Source of the DNA: Eledone cirrhosa
Taxonomy: Eukaryota
NCBI GenBank assembly: GCA_964016885.1
Contig: OZ024752.1
Span: 18,848,001-18,912,000 of the forward strand
Reading direction: 5' to 3'
Length of the DNA stretch: 64,000 bases
Positions 23,101 to 38,100 of this stretch are shown here, piece after piece. The position numbers and the translations under genes are program-made. Numbering within the stretch: the stretch's first letter is position 1; each line of letters opens with the position of its first letter. Below the pieces are notes generated by a model. It was not told the DNA's origin, searched no databases, and saw nothing but the letters and a program-made list of their open reading frames with translations.

Positions 23101-26100
23101 CCTCCAATAATATACCTACACAGCCTCCAATAATATACCTACACCGCCTCCAATAATATACCTACACAGCCTCCAATAATATACCTACACAGCCTCCAAT
23201 AATATACCTACACAGCGTTCAATAGTATACCTACATAGCCTCCAATAGTATACCTACACAGCCTCCAATGGTATACCTACACAGCCTCCAATAGTATACC
23301 TACACGGCGTAAAATAGTATAGTTACACAGCCTCCAATAATATAATAACAGTCTCCAATAGTATACCTATACTGCCTCCAATAGTACAGTTACTGAGTCT
23401 CCAATAGTATACCTCCACAGCCTCCAATAGTATAGTTACACACCCTCCAATAGTATAGTTACACACCCTCCAATAGTATAGTTACACAGCCTCCAATAGT
23501 ATAGTTACACAGCCTCCAATAGTATACCTACACAGTCTCCAATAGTATACCTACCCAGCCTCCACTAGTATACCTACACAGCCCCCAATAGTACAGTTAC
23601 TGAGTCTCCAATAGTATGCCTCCAATAGTATAGTTACACAGCCTCCAAAAGTATAGTTACACAGCCTCCAATAGTATACCTACACAGCCTCCAATAGTAT
23701 ACCTACTCAGCCTCCAATAGTATACCTACACAGCCTCCAATAGTATACCTACACAGCCTGCAATAGTATACCTACACAGCCTCCAATAGTATACCTACAC
23801 AGTCTCCAATAGTATACCTACACAGCCTCCAATAGTATAGTTACACAGCCTTCAATAGTATACTACATAGCCTCCAATAGTATAGTTACACAGCCTCCAA
23901 TAGTATACCTACACAGCCTCCAATAGTATACCTACACAGCCTTCAATAGTATACCTACACAGCCTCCAATAGTATATACCTACACAGCCTCCAATAGTAT
24001 AGTTACACAGACTCTAATAGTATAGTTACACAACCTCCAATAGTATACCTACACATCCTCCAATAGTATACCTACACAGCCTTCAATAGTATAGTTACAC
24101 AGCCTTCAATAGTATACCTACACAGCCTTCAATAGTATACTTACACAGCCTCCAATAGTATACCTACACAGCCTCCAATAGTATACCTACACAGCCTCCA
24201 ATAGTATAGTTACACAGCCTCCAATAGTATAGTTACACAGCCTCCAATAGTATACCTACACAACCTCCAATAGTATAGTTACACAGCCTCCAAAAATATA
24301 CCTACACATCCTCCAATAGTATAGTTACACAGCCTCCAATAGTATAGTTACACAGCCTCCAATACTATATCTACATAGCCTCCAATAGTATACCTAAACA
24401 GCCTCCAATAGTATAGTTACACAGCCTCCAATAGTATAGTTACACAGCCTCCAATAGTATAGTTACCCAGCCTCCAATAGTATAGTTAACCAGCCTCCAA
24501 TAGTATAGTTACCCAGCCTCCAATAATATACCTACATAGCCTCCAATAATATACCTACACAACCTCCAATAATATACCTACACAGCCTCCAATAATATAC
24601 CTACACAGCCTACAATAATATACCTACACAGCCTCCAATAGTATACCTACACAGCCTTCAATAGTATACCTACACAGCCTCCAATAGTATGCCTACACAG
24701 CCTCCAATAGTATACCTACACAGCGTTCAATAGTATAGTTATACAGCCTCCAATAATATAATAACACAGTCTCCAATAGTATACCTATACCGCCTCCAAT
24801 AGTACAGTTACTGAGTCTCCAATAGTATACCTACACAACCGCCAATAGTATACCTACACAGCCTCCAATAGTATAGTTACACAGCCTCCAATAGTATAGT
24901 TACTCAGCCTACAATAGTATACCTACACAGCCTCCAATAGTATACCTACACAGCCTCCAATAGTATATCTACACAGCCTCCAATAGTATACCTACACAGC
25001 CTCCAATATTATAGTTACACAGCCTCCAATAGTATACCTACACAGCCTCCAATAGTATACCTACACAGCCTCCAATAGTATACCTACACAGCCTCCAATA
25101 GTATAGTTACACAGCCTCCAACAGTATAGTTACACAGCCTCCAATAGTATAACTACACAGCCTCCAATAGTACAGTTACTGAGCCTCCAATAGTATACCT
25201 ACACAGCCTCCAATAGTATAGCTACACAGCCTCACATAGTATAGTTACACATCCTCCAATAGTATAGTTACACAGCCTCCAATAGTATAGTTACACAGCC
25301 TCCAATAGTATAGTTACACAGCCTCCAATAGTATAGTTACACAGCCTCCAATAGTATAGTTACACAGCCTCCAATAGTATAGTTACACAGCCTCCAATAG
25401 TATAGTTACGCAGCCTCCAATAGTATAGTTACACAGCCTCCAATAGTATAGTTACACAACCTCCAATAGTATACCTACACAGCCTCCAATAGTATAGTTA
25501 CACAGCCTCCAATAGTGTACCTACACAGCTTCCAATAGTATAGTTACACACCTTCCAATAGTATAGTTACACACCTTCCAATAGTATACCTACACAGCCT
25601 CCAATAGTATAGTTACACACCCTCCAATAGTATACCTACACATCCTCCAATAGTATAGTTACACAGCCTCCAATACTATATCTACATAGCCTCCAATAAT
25701 ATACCTAGACAGCCTCCAATAATATACCTACACAGCCTCCAATAATATACCTACACAGCCTCCAATAGTATACCTACACAGCCTCTAATGGTATACCTAC
25801 ACAGCCTCCAATCGTATACCTACACAGCGTTCAATAGTATAGTTACACAGCCTCCAATAATATAATAACACAGTCTCCAATAGTATACCTATACCGCCTC
25901 CAATAGTACAGTTACTGAGTCTCCAATAGTATACCTCCACAGCCTCCAATAGTATAGTTACACACCCTCCAATAGTATAGTTACACAGCCTCCAATAATA
26001 TAGTTACACAGCCTCCAATAGTATACCTACACAGTCTCCAATAGTATACCTACCCAGCCTCCAATAGTATACCTACACAGCCCCCAATAGTACAGTTACT

Positions 26101-29100
26101 GAGTCTCCAATAGTATACCTCCACAGCCTCCAATAGTATAGTTACACAGCCTCCAATAGTATAGTTACACAGCCTCCAATAGTATAGTTACACAGCCTCC
26201 AATAGTATAGTTACACAGCCTCCAATAGTATAGTTACTCAGCCTCCAATAGTATAGTTACTCAGCCTCCAATAGTATACCTACACAGCCTCCAATAGTAT
26301 ACCTACACAGCCTCCAATAGTATACCTACTCAGCCTCCAATAGTATACCTACACAGCCTCCAATAGTATACCTACACAGCCTCCAATAGTATACCTACAC
26401 AGCCTCCAATAGTATACCTACACAGCCTCCAATAGTATACCTACACAGCCTCCAATAGTATACCTACACAGCCTCCAATAGTATACCTACACAGTCTCCA
26501 ATAGTATACCTACACGGCCTCCAATAGTATAGTTACACAGCCTTCAATAGTATACTAAATAGCCTCCAATAGTATAGTTACACAGCCTCCAATAGTATAG
26601 CTACACAGCCTCCAATAGTATACCTACACAGCCTTCAATAGTATACCTACACAGCCTTCAATAGTATACCTACACAGCCTCCAATAGTATATACCTACAC
26701 AGCCTCCAATAGTATAGTTACACAGCCTCCAATAGTATACCTACACAGCCTCCAATAGTATACCTACACAGCCTCCAATAGTATACCTACACAGCCTCCA
26801 ATAGTATACCTACACAGCCTCCAATAGTATACCTACACAGCCTCCAATAGTATAGTTACACAGCCTCAAAAAGTATACCCACACGTCCTCCAATAGTATA
26901 GTTACACAGCCTCCAATAGTATAGTTACACAGCCTCCAATAGTATAGTTACACAGCCTCCAATACTATATCTACATAGCCTCCAATAGTATACCTAAACA
27001 GCCTCCAATAGTATAGTTACACAGCCTCCAATAGTATAGTTACACAGCCTCCAATAGTATAGTTACACAGCCTCCAATAGTATAGTTACACAGCCTCCAA
27101 TAGTTTAGTTACCCAGCCTCCAATAATATAGCTACATAGCATCCAATAATATACCTACACAGCCTCCAATAATATACCTACACAGCCTCCAATAATATAC
27201 CTACACAGCCTCCAATAGTATACCTACACAGCGTTAAATAGTATACCTACACAGCGTTCAATAGTATAGTTACACAGCCTCCAATAATATAATAACACAG
27301 TCTCCAATAATATACCTATACCGCCTCCAATAGTACAGTTACTGAGTCTCCAATAGTATACCTCCACAGCCTCCAATAGTATAGTTACATACCCTCCAAT
27401 AGTATAGTTACACAGCCTCCAATAGTATAGTTACACAGCCTCCAATAGTATAGTTACACAGCCTCCAATAGTATAGTTACATAGCCTCCAATAGTATACA
27501 TACACAGCCTCCAATAGTATACCTACACAGCCTCCAATAATATAGTTACACAGCCTCCAATAGTATACCTACACAGCCTCCAATAGTATACCTACACAGC
27601 CTCCAATAGTATACCTACACAGCCTCCAATAGTATACCTACACAGCCTCCAATAGTATAGTTACACACCCTCCAATAGTATAACTACACAGCTTCCAATA
27701 GTATACCTACTCAGCCTCCAATAGTATACCTACTCAGCCTCCAATAGTATACCTACACAGCCTCCAATAGTATAGTTACACAGCCTCCAATAGTATACCT
27801 ACACAGCCTCCAATAGTATACCTACACAGCCTCCAATAGTATACCTACACAGCCTCCAATAGTATAGTTACACAGCCTCCAACAGTATAGTTACACAGCC
27901 TCCAATAGTATAACTACACAGCCTCCAATAGTACAGTTACTGAGCCTCCAATAGTATACCTACACAGCCTCCAATAGTATAGCTACACAGCCTCCAATAG
28001 TATAGTTACACATCCTCCAATAGTATAGTTACACAGCCTCCAATAGTATAGTTACACAGCCTCCAATAGTATAGTTACCCAGCCTCCAATAGTATAGTTA
28101 CACAGCCTCCAATAGTATACCTACACAGCCTCCAATAGTATAGTTACACAGCCTCCAATAGTGTACCTACACAGCTTCCAATAGTATAGTTACACACCTT
28201 CCAATAGTATAGTTACACTCCTTCCAATAGTATACCTACACAGCCTCCAATAGTATAGTTACACACCCTCCAATAGTATACCTACACATCCTCCAATAGT
28301 ATAGTTACACAGCCTCCAATACTATATCTACATAGCCTCCAATAATATACCTAGACAGCCTCCAATAATATACCTACACAGCCTCCAATAATATACCTAC
28401 ACAGCCTCCAATAGTATACCTACACAGCGTTCAATAGTATACCTACACAGCCTCCAATAGTATACCTACACAGCCTCTAATGGTATACCTACACAGCCTC
28501 CAATTGTATACCTACACAGCGTTCAATAGTATAGTTACACAGCCTCCAATAATATAATAACACAGTCTCCAATAGTATACCTATACCGCCTCCAATAGTA
28601 CAGTTACTGAGTCTCCAATAGTATACCTCCACAGCCTCCAATAGTATAGTTACACACCCTCCAATAGTATAGTTACACAGCCTCCAATAATATAGTTACA
28701 CAGCCTCCAATAGTATACCTACACAGTCTCCAATAGTATACCTACCCAGCCTCCAATAGTATACCTACACAGCCCCCAATAGTACAGTTACTGAGTCTCC
28801 AATAGTATAGTTACACAGCCTCCAATACTATATCTACATAGCCTCCAATAGTATACCTAAACAGCCTCCAATAGTATAGTTACACAGCCTCCAATAGTAT
28901 AGTTACACAGCCTCCAATAGTATAGTTACACAGCCTCCAATAGTATAGTTAGACAGCCTCCAATAGTTTAGTTACCCAGCCTCCAATAATATAGCTACAT
29001 AGCATCCAATAATATACCTACACAGCCTCCAATAATATACCTACACAGCCTCCAATAATATACCTACACAGCCTCCAATAGTATACCTACACAGCGTTAA

Positions 29101-32100
29101 ATAGTATACCTACACAGCCTCCAATAGTATACCTACACAGCCTCCAATAGTATACCTACACAGCGTTCAATAGTATAGTTACACAGCCTCCAATAATATA
29201 ATAACACAGTCTCCAATAATATACCTATACCGCCTCCAATAGTACAGTTACTGAGTCTCCAATAGTATACCTCCACAGCCTCCAATAGTATAGTTACATA
29301 CCCTCCAATAGTATAGTTACACAGCCTCCAATAGTATAGTTACACAGCCTCCAATAGTATAGTTACATAGCCTCCAATAGTATACATACACAGCCTCCAA
29401 TAGTATACCTACACAGCCTCCAATAATATAGTTACACAGCCTCCAATAGTATACCTACACAGCCTCCAATAGTATACCTACACAGCCTCCAATAGTATAC
29501 CTACACAGCCTCCAATAGTATACCTACACAGCCTCCAATAGTATAGTTACACAGCCTCCAATAGTATAGTTACACAGCCTCCAATAGTATACCTACACAG
29601 CCTCCAATAGTATACCTACACAGCCTCCAATAGTATACCTACACAGCCTCCAATAGTATAGTTACACAGCCTCCAACAGTATAGTTACACAGCCTCCAAT
29701 AGTATAACTACACAGCCTCCAATAGTACAGTTACTGAGCCTCCAATACTATACCTACACAGCCTCCAATAGTATAGCTACACAGCCTCCAATAGTATAGT
29801 TACACATCCTCCAATAGTATAGTTACACAGCCTCCAATAGTATAGTTACACAGCCTCCAATAGTATAGTTACACAGCCTCCAATAGTATAGTTACACAGC
29901 CTCCAATAGTATAGTTACACAGCCTCCAATAGTATAGTTACGCAGCCTCCAATAGTATAGTTACACAGCCTCCAATAGTATAGTTACACAACCTCCAATA
30001 GTATACCTACACAGCCTCCAATAGTATAGTTACACAGCCTCCAATAGTATAGTTACACAGCCTCCAATAGTATAGTTACACAGCCTCCAATAGTATAGTT
30101 ACACACCTTCCAATAGTATAGTTACACACCTTCCAATAGTATACCTACACAGCCTCCAATAGTATAGTTACACACCCTCCAATAGTATACCTACACATCC
30201 TCCAATAGTATAGTTACACAGCCTCCAATACTATATCTACATAGCCTCCAATAATATACCTAGACAGCCTCCAATAATATACCTACACAGCCTCCAATAA
30301 TATACCTACACAGCCTCCAATAATATACCTACACAGCCTCCAATAGTATACCTACACAGCGTTCAATAGTATACCTACACAGCCTCCAATAGTATACCTA
30401 CACAGCCTCTAATGGTATACCTACACAGCCTCCAATCGTATACCTACACAGCGTTCAATAGTATAGTTACACAGCCTCCAATAATATAATAACACAGTCT
30501 CCAATAGTATACCTATATCGCCTCCAATAGTACAGTTACTGAGTCTCCAATAGTATACCTCCACAGCCTCCAATAGTATAGTTACACACCCTCCAATAAT
30601 ATAGTTACACAGCCTCCAATAATATAGTTACACAGCCTCCAATAGTATACCTACACAGTCTCCAATAGTATACCTACCCAGCCTCCAATAGTATACCTAC
30701 ACAGCCCCCAATAGTACAGTTACTGAGTCTCCAATAGTATACCTCCACAGCCTCCAATAGTATAGTTACACAGCCTCCAATAGTATAGTTACACAGCCTC
30801 CAATAGTATAGTTACTCAGCCTCCAATAGTATAGTTACTCAGCCTCCAATAGTATACCTACACAGCCTCCAATAGTATACCTACACAGCCTCCAATAGTA
30901 TACCTACTCAGCCTCCAATAGTATACCTACACAGCCTCCAATAGTATACCTACACAGCCTCCAATAGTATACCTACACAGCCTCCAATAGTATACCTACA
31001 CAGCCTCCAATAGTATACCTACACAGCCTCCAATAGTATACCTACACAGCCTCCAATAGTATACCTACACAGTCTCCAATAGTATACCTACACAGCCTCC
31101 AATAGTATAGTTACACAGCCTTCAATAGTATACTAAATAGCCTCCAATAGTATAGTTACACAGCCTCCAATAGTATACCTACACAGCCTCCAATAGTATA
31201 CCTACACAGCCTTCAAAAGTATACCTACACAGCCTTCAATAGTATACCTACACAGCCTCCAATAGTATATACCTACACAGCCTCCAATAGTATAGTTACA
31301 CAGCCTCCAATAGTATACCTACACAGCCTCCAATAGTATACCTACACAGCCTCCAATAGTATACCTACACAGCCTCCAATAGTACACCTACACAGCCTCC
31401 AATAGTATACCTACACAGCCTCCAATAGTATAGTTACACAGCCTCAAAAAGTATACCCACACGTCCTCCAATAGTATAGTTACACAGCCTCCAATAGTAT
31501 AGTTACACAGCCTCCAATAGTATAGTTACACAGCCTCCAATACTATATCTACATAGCCTCCAATAGTATACCTAAACAGCCTCCAATAGTATAGTTACAC
31601 AGCCTCCAATAGTATAGTTACACAGCCTCCAATAGTATAGTTACACAGCCTCCAATAGTATAGTTACACAGCCTCCAATAGTTTAGTTACCCAGCCTCCA
31701 ATAATATAGCTACATAGCATCCAATAATATACCTACACAGCCTCCAATAATATACCTACACAGCCTCCAATAATATACCTACACAGCCTCCAATAGTATA
31801 CCTACACAGCGTTAAATAGTATACCTACACAGCCTCCAATAGTATACCTACACAGCCTCCAATAGTATACCTACACAGCGTTCAATAGTATAGTTACACA
31901 GCCTCCAATAATATAATAACACAGTCTCCAATAATATACCTATACCGCCTCCAATAGTACAGTTACTGAGTCTCCAATAGTATACCTCCACAGCCTCCAA
32001 TAGTATAGTTACATACCCTCCAATAGTATAGTTACACAGCCTCCAATAGTATAGTTACACAGCCTCCAATAGTATAGTTACATAGCCTCCAATAGTATAC

Positions 32101-35100
32101 ATACACAGCCTCCAATAGTATACCTACACAGCCTCCAATAATATAGTTACACAGCCTCCAATAGTATACCTACACAGCCTCCAATAGTATACCTACACAG
32201 CCTCCAATAGTATACCTACACAGCCTCCAATAGTATAGTTACACACCCTCCAATAGTATAACTACACAGCTTCCAATAGTATACCTACTCAGCCTCCAAT
32301 AGTATACCTACTCAGCCTCCAATAGTATACCTACACAGCCTCCAATAGTATAGTTACACAGCCTCCAATAGTATACCTACTCAGCCTCCAATAGTATACC
32401 TACACAGCCTCCAATAGTATACCTACACAGCCTCCAATAGTATACCTACACAGCCTCCAATAGTATACCTACACAGCCTCCAATAGTATACCTACACAGC
32501 CTCCAATAGTATACCTACACAGCCTGCAATAGTATACCTACACAGCCTGCAATAGTATACCTACACAGCCTCCAATAGTATACCTACACAGTCTCCAATA
32601 GTATACCTACACAGCCTCCAATAGTGTAGTTACACAGCCTTCAATAGTATACTACATAGCCTCCAATAGTATACCTACACAGCCTCCAATAGTATAGTTA
32701 CACAGCCTTCAATAGTATACTACATAGCCTCCAATAGTATAGTTACACAGCCTCCAATAGTATACCTACACAGCCTCCAATAGTATACCTACACAGCCTT
32801 CAATAGTATACCTACACAGCCTCCAATAGTATATACCTACACAGCCTCCAATAGTATAGTTACACAGCCTCTAATAGTATAGTTACACAACCTCCAATAG
32901 TATACCTACACATCCTCCAATAGTATACCTAGACAGCCTTCAATAGTATACCTACACAGCCTTCAATAGTATACCTACACAGCCTCCAATAGTATATACC
33001 TACACAGCCTCCAATAGTATAGTTACACAGCCTCCAATAGTATACCTACACAGCCTCCAATAGTATACCTACACAGCCTCCAATAGTATACCTACACAGC
33101 CTCCAATAGTATAGTTACACAGCCTCCAATAGTATACCTACACAACCTCCAATAGTATAGTTACACAGCCTCAAAAAGTATACCTACACGTCCTCCAATA
33201 GTATAGTTACACAGCCTCCAATAGTATAGTTACACAGCCTCCAATAGTATAGTTACACAGCCTCCAATAGTATAGTTACACAGCCTCCAATACTATATCT
33301 ACATAGCCTCCAATAGTATACCTAAACAGCCTCCAATAGTATAGTTACACGGCCTCCAATAGTATAGTTACACAGCCTCCAATAGTATAGTTACACAGCC
33401 TCCAATAGTTTAGTTACCCAGCCTCCAATAATATAGCTACATAGCCTCCAATAATATACCTACACAGCCTCCAATAATATACCTACATAGCCTCCAATAA
33501 TATACCTACACAGCCTCCAATAGTATACCTACACAGCCTCCAATAGTATACCTACACAGCGTTCAATAGTATAGTTACACAGCCTCCAATAATATAACAA
33601 CACAGTCTCCAATAATATACCTATACCGCCTCCAATAGTACAGTTACTGAGTCTCCAATAGTATATCTCCACAGCCTCCAATAGTATAGTTACATACCCT
33701 CCAATAGTATAGTTACACAGCCTCCAATAGTATAGTTACACAGCCTCCAATAGTATAGTTACACAGCCTCCAATAGTATACATACACAGCCTCCAATAGT
33801 ATACCTACACAGCCTCCAATAATATAGTTACACAGCCTCCAATAGTATACCTACACAGCCTCCAATAGTATACCTACACAGCCTCCAATAGTATAGTTAC
33901 ACACCCTCCAATAGTATAACTACACAGCTTCCAATAGTATACCTACTCAGCCTCCAATAGTATACCTACTCAGCCTCCAATAGTATACCTACACAGCCTC
34001 CAATAGTATAGTTACACAGCCTCCAATAGTATACCTACTCAGCCTCCAATAGTATACCTACACAGCCTCCAATAGTATACCTACACAGCCTCCAATAGTA
34101 TACCTACACAGCCTCCAATAGTATACCTACACAGCCTCCAATAGTATACCTACACAGTCTGCAATAGTATACCTACACAGCCTCCAATAGTATACCTACA
34201 CAGTCTCCAATATTATACCTACACAGCCTCCAATAGTATAGTTACACAGCCTTCAATAGTATACTACATAGCCTCCAATAGTATACCTACACAGCCTCCA
34301 ATAGTATAGTTACACAGCCTTCAATAGTATACTACATAGCCTCCAATAGTATAGTTACACAGCCTCCAATAGTATACCTACACAGCCTCCAATAGTATAC
34401 CTACACAGCCTTCAATAGTATACCTACACAGCCTCCAATAGTATATACCTACACAGCCTCCAATAGTATAGTTACACAGACTCTAATAGTATAGTTACAC
34501 AACCTCCAATAGTATACCTACACATCCTCCAATAGTATACCTACACAGCCTTCAATAGTATAGTTACACAGCCTTCAATAGTATACCTACACAGCCTTCA
34601 ATAGTATACTTACACAGCCTCCAATAGTATACCTACACAGCCTCCAATAGTATACCTACACAGCCTCCAATAGTATAGTTACACAGCCTCCAATAGTATA
34701 CCTACACAACCTCCATTCGTATAGTTACACAGCCTCCAAAAGTATACCTACACATCCTCCAATAGTATAGTTACACAGCCTCCAATAGTATAGTTACACA
34801 GCCTCCAATAGTATAGTTACACAGCCTCCAATACTATATCTACATAGCCTCCAATAGTATACCTAAACAGCCTCCAATAGTATAGTTACACAGCCTCCAA
34901 TAGTATAGTTACACAGCCTCCAATAGTATAGTTACCCAGCCTCCAATAATATACCTACATAGCCTCCAATAATATACCTACACAGCCTCCAATAATATAC
35001 CTACACAGCCTCCAATAATATACCTACACAGCCTCCAATAATATACCTACACAGCCTCCAATAGTATACCTACACAGCCTCCAATAGTATACCTACACAG

Positions 35101-38100
35101 CCTCCAATAGTATACCTACACTGCCTCCAATAGTATACCTACACAGCGTTCAATAGTATAGTTACACAGCCTCCAATAATATAATAACACAGTCTCCAAT
35201 AGTATACCTATACCGCCTCCAATAGTACAGTTACTGAGTATCCAATAGTATACCTCCACAGCCTCCAATAGTATAGTTACACACCCTCCAATAGTATAGT
35301 TACACAGGCTCCAATAGTATACCTACACAACCTCCAATAGTATACCTACACAGCCTCCAATAGTATAGTTACACAGCCTCCAATAGTATAGTTACTCAGC
35401 CTACAATAGTATACCTACACAGCATCCAATAGTATACCTACACAGCCTCCAATAGTATATCTACACAGCCTCCAATAGTATACCTACACAGCCTCCAATA
35501 GTATACCTACACAGCCTCCAATATTATAGTTACACATCCTCCAATAGTATACCTACACAGCCTCCAATAGTATACCTACACAGCCTCCAATAGTATACCT
35601 ACACAGCCTCCAATAGTATAGTTACACAGCCTCCAACAGTATAGTTACACAGCCTCCAATAGTATAACTACACAGCCTCCAATAGTACAGTTACTGAGCC
35701 TCCAATAGTATACCTACACAGCCTCCAATAGTATAGCTACACAGCCTCCAATATTATACCTACACATCCTCCAATAGTATACCTACACAGCCTCCAATAG
35801 TATAGTTACACATCCTCCAATAGTATAGTTACACAGCCTCCAATAGTATAGTTACACAGCCTCCAATAGTATAGTTACACAGCCTCCAATAGTATAGTTA
35901 CACAGCCTCCAATAGTATAGTTACACAGCCTCCAATAGTATAGTTACACTGCCTCCAATAGTATAGTTACACAGCCTCCAATAGTATAGTTACACAGCCT
36001 CCAATAGTATATCTACACAGCCTCCAATAGTATATCTACACAGCCTCCAATAGTATAGTTACACAGCCTCCAATAGTATAGTTACGCAGCCTCCAATAGT
36101 ATAGTTACACAGCCTCCAATAGTATAGTTACAAAACCTCCAATAGTATACCTACACAGCCTCCAATAGTATAGTTACACAGCCTCCAATAGTGTACCTAC
36201 ACAGCTTCCAATAGTATAGTTACACACCTTCCAATAGTATAGTTACACACCTTCCAATAGTATACCTACACAGCCTCCAATAGTATAGTTACACACCCTC
36301 CAATAGTATACCTACACATCCTCCAATAGTATAGTTACACATCCTCCAATAGTATAGTTACACAGCCTCCAATACTATATCTACATAGCCTCCAATAATA
36401 TACCTAGACAGCCTCCAATAATATACCTACACAGCCTCCAATAATATACCTACACAGCCTCCAATAGTATACCTACACAGCGTTCAATAGTATACCTACA
36501 CAGCCTCCAATAGTATACCTACACAGCCTCTAATGGTATACCTACACAGCCTCCAATCGTATACCTACACAGCGTTCAATAGTATAGTTACACAGCCTCC
36601 AATAATATAATAACACAGTCTCCAATAGTATACCTATACCGCCTCCAATAGTACTGTTACTGAGTCTCCAATAGTATACCTCCACAGCCTCCAATAGTAT
36701 AGTTACACACCCTCCAATAGTATAGTTACACAGCCTCCAATAATATAGTTACACAGCCTCCAATAGTATACCTACACAGTCTCCAATAGTATACCTACCC
36801 AGCCTCCAATAGTATACCTACACAGCCCCCAATAGTACAGTTACTGAGTCTCCAATAGTATAAATCCACAGCCTCCAATAGTATAGTTACACAGCCTCCA
36901 ATAGTATAGTTACTCAGCCTCCAATAGTATAGTTACTCAGCCTCCAATAGTATACCTACACAGCCTCCAATAGTATACCTACTCAGCCTCCAATAGTATA
37001 CCTACACTGCCTCCAATAGTATACCTACACAGCCTCCAATAGTATACCTACACAGCCTCCAATAGTATACCTACACAGCCTCCAATAGTATACCTACACA
37101 GGCTCCAATAGTATACCTACACAGCCTCCAATAGTATACCTACACAGCCTCCAATAGTATACCTACACAGTCTCCAATAGTATACCTACACAGCCTCCAA
37201 TAGTATAGTTACACAGCCTTCAATAGTATACTAAATAGCCTCCAATAGTATAGTTACACAGCCTGCAATAGTATACCAACACAGCCTCCAATAGTATACC
37301 TACACAGCCTCCAATAGTATACCTACACAGCCTCCAATAGTATAGTTACACACCTTCCAATAGTATAGTTACACACCTTCCAATAGTATACCTACACAGC
37401 CTCCAATAGTATAGTTACACACCCTCCAATAGTATAGTTACACAGCCTCCAATACTATATCTACACAGCCTCCAATAATATACCTACACAGCCTCCAATA
37501 GTATACCTACACAGCCTCCAATAGTATAGTTACACACCCTCCAAAGGTATACCTACACATCCTCCAATAGTATAGTTACACATCCTCCAATAGTATAGTT
37601 ACACAGCCTCCAATACTATATCTACATAGCCTCCAATAATATACCTACACAGCCTCCAATAATATACCTACACAGCCTCCAATAATATACCTACACAGCC
37701 TCCAATAGTATACCTACACAGCGTTCAATAGTATACCTACACAGCCTCCAATAGTATACCTACACAGCCTCCAATGGTATACCTACACAGCCTCCAATAG
37801 TATACCTACACAGTGTTCAATAGTATAGTTACACAGCCTCCAATAGTATAATAACACAGTCTCCAATAGTATACCTATACCGCCTCCAATAGTACAGTTA
37901 CTGAGTCTCCAATAGTATAGCTCCACAGCCTCCAATAGTAGAGTTACACAGCCTCCAATAGTAGAGTTACACAGCCTCCAATAGTATAGTTACACAGCCT
38001 CCAATAATATAGTTACACAGCCTCCAATAGTATACCTACACAGTCTCCAATAGTATACCTACCCAGCCTCCATTAGTATACCTACACAGCCCCCAATAGT